DNA from: Treponema sp.
Lineage (GTDB): Bacteria > Spirochaetota > Spirochaetia > Treponematales > Treponemataceae
Direction of reading: 5' to 3'
NCBI GenBank assembly: GCA_017390125.1
Contig: JAFPCT010000087.1
Coordinates: forward strand, 1-42,964
Length of the DNA stretch: 42,964 nucleotides
Shown here: positions 16,317-26,151 of the stretch, piece after piece
How the letters are laid out: every line of letters begins with the position of its first letter
How positions within the stretch are numbered: the stretch's first letter is position 1
The notes under the pieces: generated by a model
The model's input: only the letters and a program-made list of their open reading frames with translations
Told to the model about the DNA's origin: nothing
Database searches by the model: none
Translations under genes and position numbers: made by a program

Positions 16317-17477
16317 ATGCCTGAAAATCAAAATTACCTTACAGAACAGCTTATAACTTACATTGGAAACAAAAGATCTCTTCTTGAGTTCATAATGAGT
16401 GCAGTAAGCCTTGTGCAGAGTGAACTTGGAAAAGAAAAGCTGCACTGTCTGGACATGTTTTCGGGCAGCGGTATTGTCGGCAGGCTTTTGAAGTCCTGCT
16501 CCGAAACTCTGACTGTAAATGACCTTGAGCTTTATGCCAGAATAATAAACCAGTGCTATCTTGCCGATGTCTCAGAGGATGAGATTAAGGTTCTTCACGG
16601 TTACTACGATTCGATTGTGGCGGAAACCCGACGCCTTCTGGAAACTGAAAAAAATCCCGGATTTATAACGGAACTCTATGCCCCGGAAAATACTGAGGAC
16701 GTAAAGGCCGGCGAGCGTTGTTTTTACACGAATCATAATGCCCGTTACATTGACTGCATGCGAAGGACCATAACAGCCCTTGTTCCGGAAGAGAAACAGC
16801 ACTTTTTCATTGCTCCTCTGCTTTCACAGGCTTCCGTTCATGCGAATACAGCGGGAATTTTCAAGGGATTCTATAAAAATTCAAAAACCGGACTGGGGCA
16901 GTTCGGCGGAAACGGAAAAAATGCCCTTTCAAGAATATGCGGAAACATTGAGCTTCCGTTTCCGATTTTCAGCAGCTCAAAATGCGCAGTGCGGATTTTT
17001 CAGCAGGAGGCGAATGCTCTTGTCTGTTCAGAGGAACTGTATGAAAACCTCCCTGAAAAACAGTTTGATCTGGTTTATATGGATCCTCCGTACAACCAGC
17101 ATCCATACGGTTCAAATTATTTCATGCTGAACCTGATTGCTTCGTACAAAAGACCGGAGGACGGTACTATAAGCCGGGTAAGCGGCATACCGAAAAACTG
17201 GAACCGCAGCTCATATAACAAAAAGAAAAATGCGGCGGAAACTTTCCTTGATCTCGTAAGGAAAGTAAGGGCAAAATTCATCGTAATATCATTCAATAAC
17301 GAGGGCTTTATCAGCAGGGAAGAGATGGAAGAGCTTCTGGGATCCTGCGGAAAGGTCACTGTCTTGGAATCAAGCTATAATGCTTTCCGGGGAAGCCGTA
17401 ATCTTAAAAACCGTGATATCCACGTAAGCGAATACCTTTTTGTCCTTGATAAAAGAAATCATTCTATAGAGCAGTAG
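16317..17477 (+). CDS. Adenine-specific DNA methyltransferase (D12/Dam-like motif order), apparently orphan
   Basis: YIGNKRSL, motif I DMFSGSG, then VNDL and motif IV YMDPPY. Confidence 0.9.
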   Translation: MPENQNYLTEQLITYIGNKRSLLEFIMSAVSLVQSELGKEKLHCLDMFSGSGIVGRLLKSCSETLTVNDLELYARIINQCYLADVSEDEIKVLHGYYDSIVAETRRLLETEKNPGFITELYAPENTEDVKAGERCFYTNHNARYIDCMRRTITALVPEEKQHFFIAPLLSQASVHANTAGIFKGFYKNSKTGLGQFGGNGKNALSRICGNIELPFPIFSSSKCAVRIFQQEANALVCSEELYENLPEKQFDLVYMDPPYNQHPYGSNYFMLNLIASYKRPEDGTISRVSGIPKNWNRSSYNKKKNAAETFLDLVRKVRAKFIVISFNNEGFISREEMEELLGSCGKVTVLESSYNAFRGSRNLKNRDIHVSEYLFVLDKRNHSIEQ

Positions 17478-18445
17478 ATTGGCAGATGGTCTGAATAGCC
17501 GTAGCCGCTGTAAATTTTGTATGAGTTTGGCACATAGGTTTCTTCCGAGCACCATGGTCCTTCTGTAAGAGGGTAGAATTCCTTTATGCTTACTTCCGGG
17601 GATGCAAAGAAGTGGTCGATTCGTTCCCAGCGTGATTTGTAATAATAGGAGCCGGGACTCACAAAGTTTCCTGTCCCCCGAATCCAGGGAGAATATACGG
17701 CTGCAGTCTCATCTTTTAAGAAATTACGCAGGTTCAGGTTAGGGATTTTTTCCAGGGTGACGGAATCTGGTTTTATCAGCTCAAACTCAGAAATATCCCT
17801 GTTGAAATCTCCTGCCGCAAGAATTTTGTTTCCCCGGTTCCTGATGAAGCATCTGGTCATTACTGATTCCTGCCAGTTACGCCACACTTCACTTTCTTCT
17901 TCTCCGCCGGATTTTGACTTCCAGTGGTTTACAAGCAGAATCAGGGTGCCGCTTTTAAGGCTGAGCGATACTTCCATCATTGCCCGCATGGCAGGCTGGA
18001 CGCTATCTTCTGTCCGTATGTCCAGTTTATGAAGTTTTACAGAATTTATGGGAAATCGTGAAAGGACTGCGCAGCCTATTGAATCGCCGGGGTTTTTCCG
18101 GAAACAGGCGAAGGGCCAGGTCTTGTTTTTGCTCCATATATTCCCTGAAAGCTGGTTTGAGATGTCGAACAGAACGCCGTCGTTTTCGATTTCCTCAAAA
18201 ACAAATATGTCCGCGTTAATCCGTTGGATGGAATCGCACAGCCGGGAAAGTCTGTCCGCGTATTTTTCCTGAGACCAGGAGCCGCCCTTGAAATCAGAAT
18301 ACTCGCATCCGTCTGAGATTCCGTCAAAAAAAGTCTGCACATTCCAGTTAACCACGCTTACGCTTTCTGCAGTCAGGGGCGGAACAAGGCATCCTGAAAG
18401 CAGGAAAATAAAAAGCAGCGGGACTATCTTCTTGTATTTTTTCAT
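17459..18445 (-). CDS. Endonuclease/exonuclease/phosphatase family protein, exported or lipoprotein
   Basis: WNVQTFFD, EEIEN, VNHWKSK, AGDFN, WERIDH and GYSDHLP motifs. N-terminal signal with LSGC. Confidence 0.9.
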   Translation of the reverse strand: MKKYKKIVPLLFIFLLSGCLVPPLTAESVSVVNWNVQTFFDGISDGCEYSDFKGGSWSQEKYADRLSRLCDSIQRINADIFVFEEIENDGVLFDISNQLSGNIWSKNKTWPFACFRKNPGDSIGCAVLSRFPINSVKLHKLDIRTEDSVQPAMRAMMEVSLSLKSGTLILLVNHWKSKSGGEEESEVWRNWQESVMTRCFIRNRGNKILAAGDFNRDISEFELIKPDSVTLEKIPNLNLRNFLKDETAAVYSPWIRGTGNFVSPGSYYYKSRWERIDHFFASPEVSIKEFYPLTEGPWCSEETYVPNSYKIYSGYGYSDHLPIYCSIE

Positions 18446-18477
18446 AAAAAAAACCTCTGTATATATAACAGAGGTTT
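18446..18477 (-). terminator. Rho-independent terminator of ychF abutting the next start codon
   Basis: Stem AAACCTCTGT/ACAGAGGTTT. The T-run on the minus strand runs straight into the ATG at 18445. Confidence 0.75.
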
Positions 18478-18507
18478 CCTTCAGGAAAATGCATTTAAAG
18501 AAATTTT

Positions 18508-19638
18508 TTATACATTGAACTTGAAGAACAGAACGTCTCCGTCCTGAACGACGTAGTCCTTTCCTTCCTGTCTGTATTTTCCGGCTTCCTTAATTTTCTG
18601 TTCGCTTCCATATTTACGCAGGTCTTCGATTGAATATGCTTCTGCACGGATAAAGCCTTTCTCAAAGTCAGTGTGGATTACGCCGGCTGCTTTTGGAGCT
18701 GTATCGCCTGCGTGAATTGTCCATGCGCGGCATTCATCTGCACCGCCAGTAAAGAATGTTGCCAGACCCATAAGGTGATATGCCTTGCGGGCGAGAACTG
18801 CAAGAGCGCTTTCTGCAAGTCCTACTGAGTCCATGAAGTCCTTGCGGTCAGCTGTATCTGTAATGTCGGCAAGGTCTGCCTCGAACTTTCCGCAGATTAC
18901 AACTACTTCAGATTTCTCTGCATCTGCAATCTTTTTGAGAGTCTCAACGTATTTGTTTGTTCCCTCGGCAATAGAATCCTCGTCGATGTTTGCAACGTAG
19001 AGGGTTGGTTTCATTGTAAGGAGGAACATGTCCTTTACTGCAAGTTTTTCGTCATCTGTAAGGTCTGCAAGGCGGGCGCACTTTCCTTCCTGAAGCAGAG
19101 GAAGAATTTTTTCCACTGCGCTGTTGAACGGAGCAAGCTGTTTCTCTGCCTCTTTTCCAAGAGCACGCACAGTCTTTACGTTCTTTTCCTGGCGCTTTGC
19201 AATTGTCTGCAGGTCGGCCTGAGCAAGCTCAAAGTTTATTGTGAGGATGTCGCTTTCCGGGTCAACAGGAGCCTCTGCCTTTGAGTCCTCGCGGACGTGC
19301 ATGATGTCCGGATTGTCAAAACAGCGTACGACATGGGCAATACAAGCTGTCTCACGGATATTTGCAAGGAACTGGTTTCCAAGTCCTTCTCCCTGGCTGG
19401 CACCTTTAATAAGTCCGGCGATGTCTACAAATTTTACGCTTGCAGGAGTCTTCTTTTTAGGATTATGAATTGAAGCCAAAAAATCCAGCCGTTCATCAGG
19501 AAGGTCAACGATACCTACGTTAGGGTCGATCGTACAGAACGGAAAGTTTGCAGCTTCAGCAGGAGCCGCGGTCAAAGCAGAAAAAATAGTAGACTTTCCT
19601 ACGTTAGGAAGTCCAACGATACCACAGTCTAAAGACAT
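18508..19638 (-). CDS. ychF: Redox-regulated ribosome-binding ATPase YchF
   Basis: GIVGLPNVGKST, ANFPFCTIDPN, DIAGL, GEGLGNQFL, AAGVIHTDFEKGFIRAE and EGKDYVVQDGD. Confidence 0.97.
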   Translation of the reverse strand: MSLDCGIVGLPNVGKSTIFSALTAAPAEAANFPFCTIDPNVGIVDLPDERLDFLASIHNPKKKTPASVKFVDIAGLIKGASQGEGLGNQFLANIRETACIAHVVRCFDNPDIMHVREDSKAEAPVDPESDILTINFELAQADLQTIAKRQEKNVKTVRALGKEAEKQLAPFNSAVEKILPLLQEGKCARLADLTDDEKLAVKDMFLLTMKPTLYVANIDEDSIAEGTNKYVETLKKIADAEKSEVVVICGKFEADLADITDTADRKDFMDSVGLAESALAVLARKAYHLMGLATFFTGGADECRAWTIHAGDTAPKAAGVIHTDFEKGFIRAEAYSIEDLRKYGSEQKIKEAGKYRQEGKDYVVQDGDVLFFKFNV

Positions 19639-19665
19639 AAAAATCCTCGCTAAAATATTTTCATC

Positions 19666-19733
19666 ATTATATAGTTTTGAAAGGTCAGTTTCAACGAGCT
19701 TTAATTGTAAATTGTCGGCATTGCCTGTAGAAT
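19666..19733. promoter_or_regulatory. Divergent sigma70-type promoters for ychF and the FAD oxidoreductase
   Basis: Minus strand TTGAAA-17-TATAAT (19694-19666). Plus strand TTGTAA-17-TAGAAT (19705-19733), 6 nt before ATG 19740. Confidence 0.7.
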
Positions 19734-19739
19734 AAGCCC

Positions 19740-21347
19740 ATGATTACAGACGTTACTGTTACGGTTCTTCCGGAAGATGAAAAAAATATGGCTCTGATCC
19801 AGAAACTGGTTTCTTCAGAGTTGAAAAATAAAAGAATTGATGCAAGGGGACAGAAGCAGACTCTTGTGTTTGCAAAAAAGTCCATTGATGCGCGTCATGG
19901 AAAACTCAAGCTTCACCTGCGGTACAAGGTATATATCGGCGAGGAGCCGGGTGACGAAAAGACTTCGCTCCTGCCTGAATGGAAAAACGCAGAGGGGAAG
20001 CACAGCGTTGTAATTGTAGGTTCCGGTCCGGCGGGGCTTTTTGGCGCGCTGAAACTGATGGAAAAAGGAATTCGTCCTGTAATCGTGGAAAGAGGCGAAC
20101 GGACTGGCGAACGTAAGCGCGACATTGCGAAAATAAGCACCGCGGATCTGGTGAATTCAGATTCAAACTACTGCTTTGGGGAAGGCGGTGCCGGAACGTT
20201 CAGTGACGGCAAGTTGTACACCAGAAGCAACAAGAGGGGAGACATTGGAAAAATCTTTCAGATTTTCGTAAGGTTCGGAGCGGACAGCAGGATTCTTACA
20301 GATGCTCATCCTCACATCGGAACGGACAAACTTCCGGCAGTAATAAATGCAATGCGGGATTTTATAATTGAAAAGGGCGGAGAATTCCACTTCAATACGC
20401 GGTGTACAGGTTTCATCCGCTCTCCGGAAGGGGCTGTTGCCGGAATACAGGCAGAAAACGTGAAGACCGGCGAAGGACTTTCCATAAAGGGAGACGCTGT
20501 TCTCCTTGCGACCGGTCATTCTGCAGCGGACGTTTACCGTATGATTGCCGCAATTTCACCGAAAGCACTGGAAGCAAAGACATTTGCTGTAGGCGTGCGG
20601 GTTGAGCATCCCCGGGAACTCATAGATCAGATTCAATACCACGGAAAAACTGAAGGCATGGGCGCTGCTGAATACAGGCTGGTAACTCAAGTTGAGGACA
20701 GAGGTGTCTATTCTTTCTGCATGTGTCCCGGCGGTTTTGTAGTTCCCAGTGCGACAGCTCCGGATGAAATAGTTGTGAACGGAATGAGTGCCGCCGGACG
20801 CAATTCAAAATGGTCGAATGCGGCAATTGTAGTAGAAACCCGCCCGGAGGACATTCCTGAAGAATTTGCAGCTCAGGCAGAAAAAGCCGGCTCTAAGGCG
20901 CTGGCAGGACTTTTCTTCCGCTCATACATAGAACAGGAAACCAAGCGTCACGGAAAGGGTCAGGCGGCTCCGGCTCAAAGAATGAATGACTTCCTTGCCT
21001 GCCGCGAATCAAAGGATTTCCCGCCGGTAAGCTATACGCCGGGAATTGTTTCCAGCAGACTGGACAGCTGGCTTCCTGAGCAGATTGCAGGACGGCTTTC
21101 AGAGGCGTTCCTTGAATTCGGGAAGAACATGAAAGGCTATGTTTCAAAGGATGCAGTTCTTATTGCAAGTGAAACCCGTACCAGCACGCCGGTAAGGATT
21201 TTGCGTGGAAAGGAAAACTGTGAAAGCGAGGCTCTTCCGGGGCTTTTCCCTGCCGGCGAAGGGGCGGGATATTCCGGGGGAATAGTTTCAAGCGCAATGG
21301 ACGGTGAGAAAGTTGCGGCAGCAATTGCAGATAAATTGGAGGAATAG
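19740..21347 (+). CDS. NAD(P)/FAD-dependent oxidoreductase (uncharacterised conserved family)
   Basis: VGSGPAG Rossmann motif, FGEGGAGTFSDGKL, FCMCPGG, ETRTSTPVRI and GEGAGYSGGI. Confidence 0.9.
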   Translation: MITDVTVTVLPEDEKNMALIQKLVSSELKNKRIDARGQKQTLVFAKKSIDARHGKLKLHLRYKVYIGEEPGDEKTSLLPEWKNAEGKHSVVIVGSGPAGLFGALKLMEKGIRPVIVERGERTGERKRDIAKISTADLVNSDSNYCFGEGGAGTFSDGKLYTRSNKRGDIGKIFQIFVRFGADSRILTDAHPHIGTDKLPAVINAMRDFIIEKGGEFHFNTRCTGFIRSPEGAVAGIQAENVKTGEGLSIKGDAVLLATGHSAADVYRMIAAISPKALEAKTFAVGVRVEHPRELIDQIQYHGKTEGMGAAEYRLVTQVEDRGVYSFCMCPGGFVVPSATAPDEIVVNGMSAAGRNSKWSNAAIVVETRPEDIPEEFAAQAEKAGSKALAGLFFRSYIEQETKRHGKGQAAPAQRMNDFLACRESKDFPPVSYTPGIVSSRLDSWLPEQIAGRLSEAFLEFGKNMKGYVSKDAVLIASETRTSTPVRILRGKENCESEALPGLFPAGEGAGYSGGIVSSAMDGEKVAAAIADKLEE

Positions 21348-21929
21348 ATGAAAGTTATTTTGTTTAACGGAAGTCGTCGTGAAAAAGGCTGTACTTATAC
21401 GGCACTGAATCTTGTTGCACAGGAATTGAATGCAGCAGGAATAGAAACAGAGCTGTTTTTTGTAGGAAGCAGAGCATTGAACGGAGAAATCGATCCCCTG
21501 GTAAACGAAGCGATTGACCTTCTGAAAACAGCAGACGGTGTTGTGTTCGGCTCGCCTGTCTATTACGCTTCTCCCAGCGGAGAAATGACAGCTTTCCTTG
21601 ACCGTCTTTACTGGCAGGGTGAGAAGGAACTTAGGTTCAAGCCGGGTGCTGCAGTAGTTTCTGCCCGCCGCGGTGGTACGACAGCCGCTCTTGACGTTCT
21701 GAACAAGTACCTTACTTTCGCACAGCAGCCTGTAATCACTTCACGTTACTGGAACATGGTTCACGGCTCAAATCCGGAAGACGTTCTGAAAGATGAGGAA
21801 GGTGTTCAGATCATGCGCACAATCGGACGCAACATGGCATGGATTCTAAAAAGCATTCAGGCCGGAAAAGAAGCCGGCGTTCCGCAGCCGGAAGCAGAAA
21901 AGAAGATCTTTACGAATTTTATCCGCTAA
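21348..21929 (+). CDS. Flavodoxin-fold (iron-sulfur flavoprotein/WrbA-like) FMN-binding protein
   Basis: NGSRREKGCT, GSPVYYA, SARRGG and YWNMVHG....DEEG motifs. Confidence 0.88.
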   Translation: MKVILFNGSRREKGCTYTALNLVAQELNAAGIETELFFVGSRALNGEIDPLVNEAIDLLKTADGVVFGSPVYYASPSGEMTAFLDRLYWQGEKELRFKPGAAVVSARRGGTTAALDVLNKYLTFAQQPVITSRYWNMVHGSNPEDVLKDEEGVQIMRTIGRNMAWILKSIQAGKEAGVPQPEAEKKIFTNFIR

Positions 21930-23884
21930 TTTCCGTAGTCTTCAGGTGTCTCTGCAGCAAGGGCTGCTCCGGCAAGGTCGTCGATGTATTGTGCTTCGGC
22001 GGCCTTCTGCCATGTTGTTCCTGCAGCCTGCAGGGACTTCTTCTGCTCTTCCTTCTTTTCATTTCTCTTTGCCAAAAGCCTTCTTGCAGTCATAAGAATT
22101 TCAGTTGCCTCATCTGCCCTTACATGAAGGAGTTCTGCAATGGAACTTTCTTCCGCGCTGCACATGTTTTCAAGAGTGGTGAATGTTTTTGTAAGGGTTC
22201 TGGCCCGCTTTTCACCGATTCCCGGAATTTCAAGGAAAATGCTTACGGTGTTTTCCTTTGTTCTTAAACGCTGGTTCCTGCTTGTGGCAAAACGGTGGGT
22301 CTCATCCCTGACCCGCTGCAAAAGCCTGAGGGCATCGCTTCGCTTCGGAAGACATACCGGCTTGTCTGCATAGGGCCGCCAGATTTCTTCATCACGTTTT
22401 GCAAGGCCGGCAACAGGAATGTCCAGGTCCAGTGATTTCAGCACCTGATCAACGGCATTTACCTGACCGATGCCTCCGTCTATAAGGATAAGGTCCGGCA
22501 GCTCCGCCTGCTCGTTCAGCACTCTGGTGTAGCGGCGGCTGGTGGCTTCCCTCATGGACTGGAAGTCATCGATGTATCCTTCAGTAGTTTTCAGCCGGAA
22601 GTAGCGGTAGTTCTTCTTGTCCGGGTTTCCGTTGTAGAAGCTGATGAGCGAGGCAACCGGAAATTTTCCTCCGATATGGGCAATATCAAAGCCTTCGATT
22701 CGTACCGGCAGGCTCCTGAGTCCCAGAATATCCTTTAATTCCTGAAGTGCAGGCATGTCGCCCCGTTCCCTGAGCCGCCGGATAATGTCTTCCTTTGCAT
22801 TATGTTTCGCCATTTTCATGGCAGCCCAGTCACGCTGGGAAATGGAGCTGTTTTCCTCTGCTCCGGTTTCCGTTTCTACCGCCACAACCTCAGTTTCTGT
22901 TTCCAGAGTTTCCTTTAGGCGGCGGCTTACCATTTCAAGTCCGTATTCCGCCGGAACGAAAATTTTAGGAGGAACTTCTTCCCGGGCGGTGTAATAGGCG
23001 TTCATAAATTCAGCGACAAGCTCGTCGTCCTCGTTAAGGCTGGTAACGCGGTAATTGTCCCTGCCCAAAAGTTTTCCGCCGCGGATCTTAAGCACTGTAA
23101 AGCTGACCAGCTCTCCTTCCCGGTAGTGGTCAATGTAATCCCGGTCCTCAGCATCAAAACTTTCAACAATGTTCTGATTCTGCATGATCATCAGTGCCCT
23201 CAGACCGTCGCGCAGTCTGGCGGCCTTCTCAAAATTCAATTCCCTGGCCGCTTCTTTCATTTTCGCCGTCAGTTTTTTGGAAGTTTCGTCGCTGTTTTCC
23301 TTAAGAAGGTCAGAAATTTCACCGAAAAATTCATTGTAGGACTCTTTTGAAATTTTTCCGCAGCAAGGAGCCTTGCACTGACCCATGTGGTAGTACAGGC
23401 AGGGATTTTCCTTCTGCACGAATTTCTTGCAGTGACGCAGCGGATAAATCTGATAAAGTGTTTCTATAAAAGTATCAAGAGCAGAAGCGTCAGGGTACGG
23501 ACCGAAATATGTGGAGCCGTCATGAAGAATGTTACGGGTTTTAAAAAGCCGCGGGAATTCTTCTTTTGTGATTCGCAGCGAAGGATAGGATTTTCCGTCC
23601 TTCAGGTCGATGTTGTATTTCGGACTGTATTTCTTGATGAGGTTGTTTTCCAGAAGAAAAGCTTCGTATTCATTGCCAGTAGTGATGTATTCAATTCTTT
23701 TCGCATGGGAAATCAAAAGCCGGGTCTTGATGTCTTTTTTGCCGGAAAAATACGAGGAAAGGCGGTTCTTCAGATTTTTAGCCTTTCCAACATAAATAAC
23801 GGTGTCCTGTGGGTCGCGCCACATATACACGCCGCTTGAGGAAGGTGCTTTTAATGCAGTTTCATGAAGAATCTCTCGGAACAT
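21926..23884 (-). CDS. uvrC: Excinuclease ABC subunit C; the start is likely ATG 23884, not the ORF-track start
   Basis: GIY-YIG GVYMW...IYVGKAKNLKNRLSSYF, Cys-rich region, UVR domain, IEGFDIAH, PDLILIDGG, RDETHRFA and HhH GIG. Confidence 0.96.
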   Translation of the reverse strand: MFREILHETALKAPSSSGVYMWRDPQDTVIYVGKAKNLKNRLSSYFSGKKDIKTRLLISHAKRIEYITTGNEYEAFLLENNLIKKYSPKYNIDLKDGKSYPSLRITKEEFPRLFKTRNILHDGSTYFGPYPDASALDTFIETLYQIYPLRHCKKFVQKENPCLYYHMGQCKAPCCGKISKESYNEFFGEISDLLKENSDETSKKLTAKMKEAARELNFEKAARLRDGLRALMIMQNQNIVESFDAEDRDYIDHYREGELVSFTVLKIRGGKLLGRDNYRVTSLNEDDELVAEFMNAYYTAREEVPPKIFVPAEYGLEMVSRRLKETLETETEVVAVETETGAEENSSISQRDWAAMKMAKHNAKEDIIRRLRERGDMPALQELKDILGLRSLPVRIEGFDIAHIGGKFPVASLISFYNGNPDKKNYRYFRLKTTEGYIDDFQSMREATSRRYTRVLNEQAELPDLILIDGGIGQVNAVDQVLKSLDLDIPVAGLAKRDEEIWRPYADKPVCLPKRSDALRLLQRVRDETHRFATSRNQRLRTKENTVSIFLEIPGIGEKRARTLTKTFTTLENMCSAEESSIAELLHVRADEATEILMTARRLLAKRNEKKEEQKKSLQAAGTTWQKAAEAQYIDDLAGAALAAETPEDYGN

Positions 23885-25413
23885 ACAAAGATTATACACA
23901 GGTCGACAGAAAATACAAATACACAAAAATTCTTGCTTTCTGTCTTTTTGCAGCCGCTGCAGTCCTGCCGCTTTCAGCTGAAACATATGTTTTGGGCGGA
24001 AAAAAAGGCTGGGCAGATGTAAATGTACGCAACGGCATAACAACCGGCAAAGGACGATTCGGCTACGAGTCTCTTGAGCTGGATACAAACCAGAACAAGG
24101 CAGATGAGAGTACGGACCTTCTCCTTGATTTTGAAGATTCTGTTTTTTACGATAAATCAGGAAATTACGAAATTGTCTCAAATTCAATGTTCAGGAGCTC
24201 AAAGGCTGTAAGAGGAAAAGGCGCCGCATTATGCCGTAACAGGGGAGGAATCGTTCTCCGCGGAAATCCGGTCACTTTTTTTGGAAACGAAAGCCCGGCC
24301 GGCTCCTTTTTGATTGATTTCTGGATCTGTCCTGCCACAGTAGACAACGGTGAAGTCATACTCAACTGGCGCTCATCAAGAATCATCCGTGATCAGATTG
24401 TCTATCAGGTAATCAACCTGTCTTTCTATCAGAACAAGATAATGATGGTTTTCTCCAATATTTTTGACGGATACACCGAGAATAACGGAGAAATTGACCT
24501 GAACACAATGAAAAGCATTATTCCTAACAAATGGTCCTATCATGTCATTGAATTCAAAGAAGAGACAGGAAGCCTTGAATACCGCGTTGACGGTGAGCTT
24601 GAGTGCATAAAATACGTTACCGACAACGGACACGAAAGCGGAACAGTTTATCCGGCTGTAATGGGAAATGCCGCAGATTTTGAGCTCTGTCCGGCATACA
24701 CAGGACTTATTGATGACTTCATGATCAGACGTACTTATTCCGACATACCGGTGGAATTTTCCGAAAGACAGGACAAAGGTCTTCTTTTTGAGCGCTACGT
24801 TACTTCCGGCGGCCGTTTTGAATCAAGACCGCTTATGTTCAGGGAAGGCACAATAGTAGACAGCCTCAGGGCAGAGACAAGAATTCCGCCTCAGACAGAC
24901 GTTCACTTTTACATCCGCGGCGGAGACAATTATTTCAACTGGACTGAAGATTATCCGGAATGGATTCAGGTAAATCCTGACGAAAAAATAGACGGGCTTT
25001 CAGGAACGTATTTTCAGGTTGCCGCCGAACTTTTCCCGGACGGAGCAGGAACACATACACCTAGCGTAACTTCAATTTCCCTTGACTACACAGTTCTCCC
25101 GGAACCGCTTCCGCCGGTAAAAATCAGTGCAGACAAAGGCGACGGTTCAGTAACCCTGACCTGGAGCTATTCAATAGAAGATACAGCCGGCGGATACTTC
25201 ATTTACTACGGCAACCGTCCAGGTGAATATCTTGGCCGGGCCGCAGTCGAAGGTCATTCCCCGATAAATGCAGGAAACGTAACATCATATACCCTTACAG
25301 GCCTTCAGAACGGAACAATATATTACTTTGCTGTAGCCGCCTATTCCAAAATAGACAGCCGCATCACCGGTCCGCTTTCCAAAGAAGTCTACGCCCGCCC
25401 TGCAAGCCGCTAG
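23854..25413 (+). CDS. Exported LamG-like/concanavalin plus C-terminal fibronectin type III protein; start uncertain
   Basis: Signal-like ILAFCLFAAAAVLPLSA-E. LamG-like SFLIDFWI, KWSYHVI, YRVDG and GLIDDF. Fn3 GDGSVTLTW...GYFIYYG...LTGLQNGTIYYFAVAAY. GAGGAAGG lies 8 nt before ATG 23854. Confidence 0.8.
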   Translation: MQFHEESLGTYKDYTQVDRKYKYTKILAFCLFAAAAVLPLSAETYVLGGKKGWADVNVRNGITTGKGRFGYESLELDTNQNKADESTDLLLDFEDSVFYDKSGNYEIVSNSMFRSSKAVRGKGAALCRNRGGIVLRGNPVTFFGNESPAGSFLIDFWICPATVDNGEVILNWRSSRIIRDQIVYQVINLSFYQNKIMMVFSNIFDGYTENNGEIDLNTMKSIIPNKWSYHVIEFKEETGSLEYRVDGELECIKYVTDNGHESGTVYPAVMGNAADFELCPAYTGLIDDFMIRRTYSDIPVEFSERQDKGLLFERYVTSGGRFESRPLMFREGTIVDSLRAETRIPPQTDVHFYIRGGDNYFNWTEDYPEWIQVNPDEKIDGLSGTYFQVAAELFPDGAGTHTPSVTSISLDYTVLPEPLPPVKISADKGDGSVTLTWSYSIEDTAGGYFIYYGNRPGEYLGRAAVEGHSPINAGNVTSYTLTGLQNGTIYYFAVAAYSKIDSRITGPLSKEVYARPASR

Positions 25414-25420
25414 CCGCATT

Positions 25421-25449
25421 CCGCCGGAAAATCCCGGCGGTATTTTTTT
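25421..25449 (+). terminator. Rho-independent terminator
   Basis: CCGCCGG-AAAATC-CCGGCGG followed by TATTTTTTT. Confidence 0.85.
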
Positions 25450-25525
25450 CTCAAAAGACTTCAACATCTTTTCCAATTCTCATTTTTCCTCTATGATAAA
25501 AAAGAAAGTCTGGAGAGTTTACATT

Positions 25526-26134
25526 ATGAAAAAAGTTTTGTTCCTATTGTTAGTCCTGTTGGGCGTATTGTTTTCTTCCTGCAAAACAGAGAAAGAAATT
25601 GACAAAGATCAGCTTACTATTCTTTGTTCCGGAGTTGAATTTTCAGAAAAAGAAAAATTTAAAAAAGCAAAGGATTCCTGGATAGAACCGGAAAATTATA
25701 CTTTTACTTATGAATATCAGAAAAGTATTCCGTTTGCTGGATTCGAAATAGTTGAGTGTGTTATCGCGAATGGAAAATTTAAATCATATAAATTCGTAAT
25801 TCCAGAGTTCGATCCAGATGACTTTACAGAAGAATCTTATGAAGCTCTAAAAGAGAGTTATACACATAAGAAGAGAGAAAAGAACTTTGAATCTATAAAA
25901 GATATATTTGATTTCTGCCAGGAAGAATACGAGTATGCTTTAAAATATCGCTATGTATTTAAAACCAGAATATCAATGACTTTAGATGATACAGGTTCTT
26001 ATCCAGCATATTTTAAATCTTCTGTAAATGATATTTATACATATGCGCACCTTGATCATCCAGATGAATTGATAGGTTTTTCAACAAGCGGTGTCTCGAC
26101 AATAGTTAAAATTCTCGATTTCAAAATCAACTAA
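25526..26134 (+). CDS. AT-rich hypothetical lipoprotein
   Basis: MKKVLFLLLVLLGVLFSSC spirochaete lipobox. GGAG lies upstream of ATG 25526. Codon usage is visibly AT-richer than in the neighbours. Confidence 0.8.
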   Translation: MKKVLFLLLVLLGVLFSSCKTEKEIDKDQLTILCSGVEFSEKEKFKKAKDSWIEPENYTFTYEYQKSIPFAGFEIVECVIANGKFKSYKFVIPEFDPDDFTEESYEALKESYTHKKREKNFESIKDIFDFCQEEYEYALKYRYVFKTRISMTLDDTGSYPAYFKSSVNDIYTYAHLDHPDELIGFSTSGVSTIVKILDFKIN

Positions 26135-26151
26135 TCAAATTACACAAAAAT

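Noticed and set aside
16317-18445. Restriction-modification pair (MTase plus nuclease)
   Set aside because: The nuclease is EEP-family with an export signal and is convergent. It is not a known REase fold.
23885-24187. 101 aa N-terminal extension of UvrC in the ORF track
   Set aside because: It is antisense to the LamG gene and non-homologous in character. The GIY-YIG domain and a promoter point to ATG 23884.
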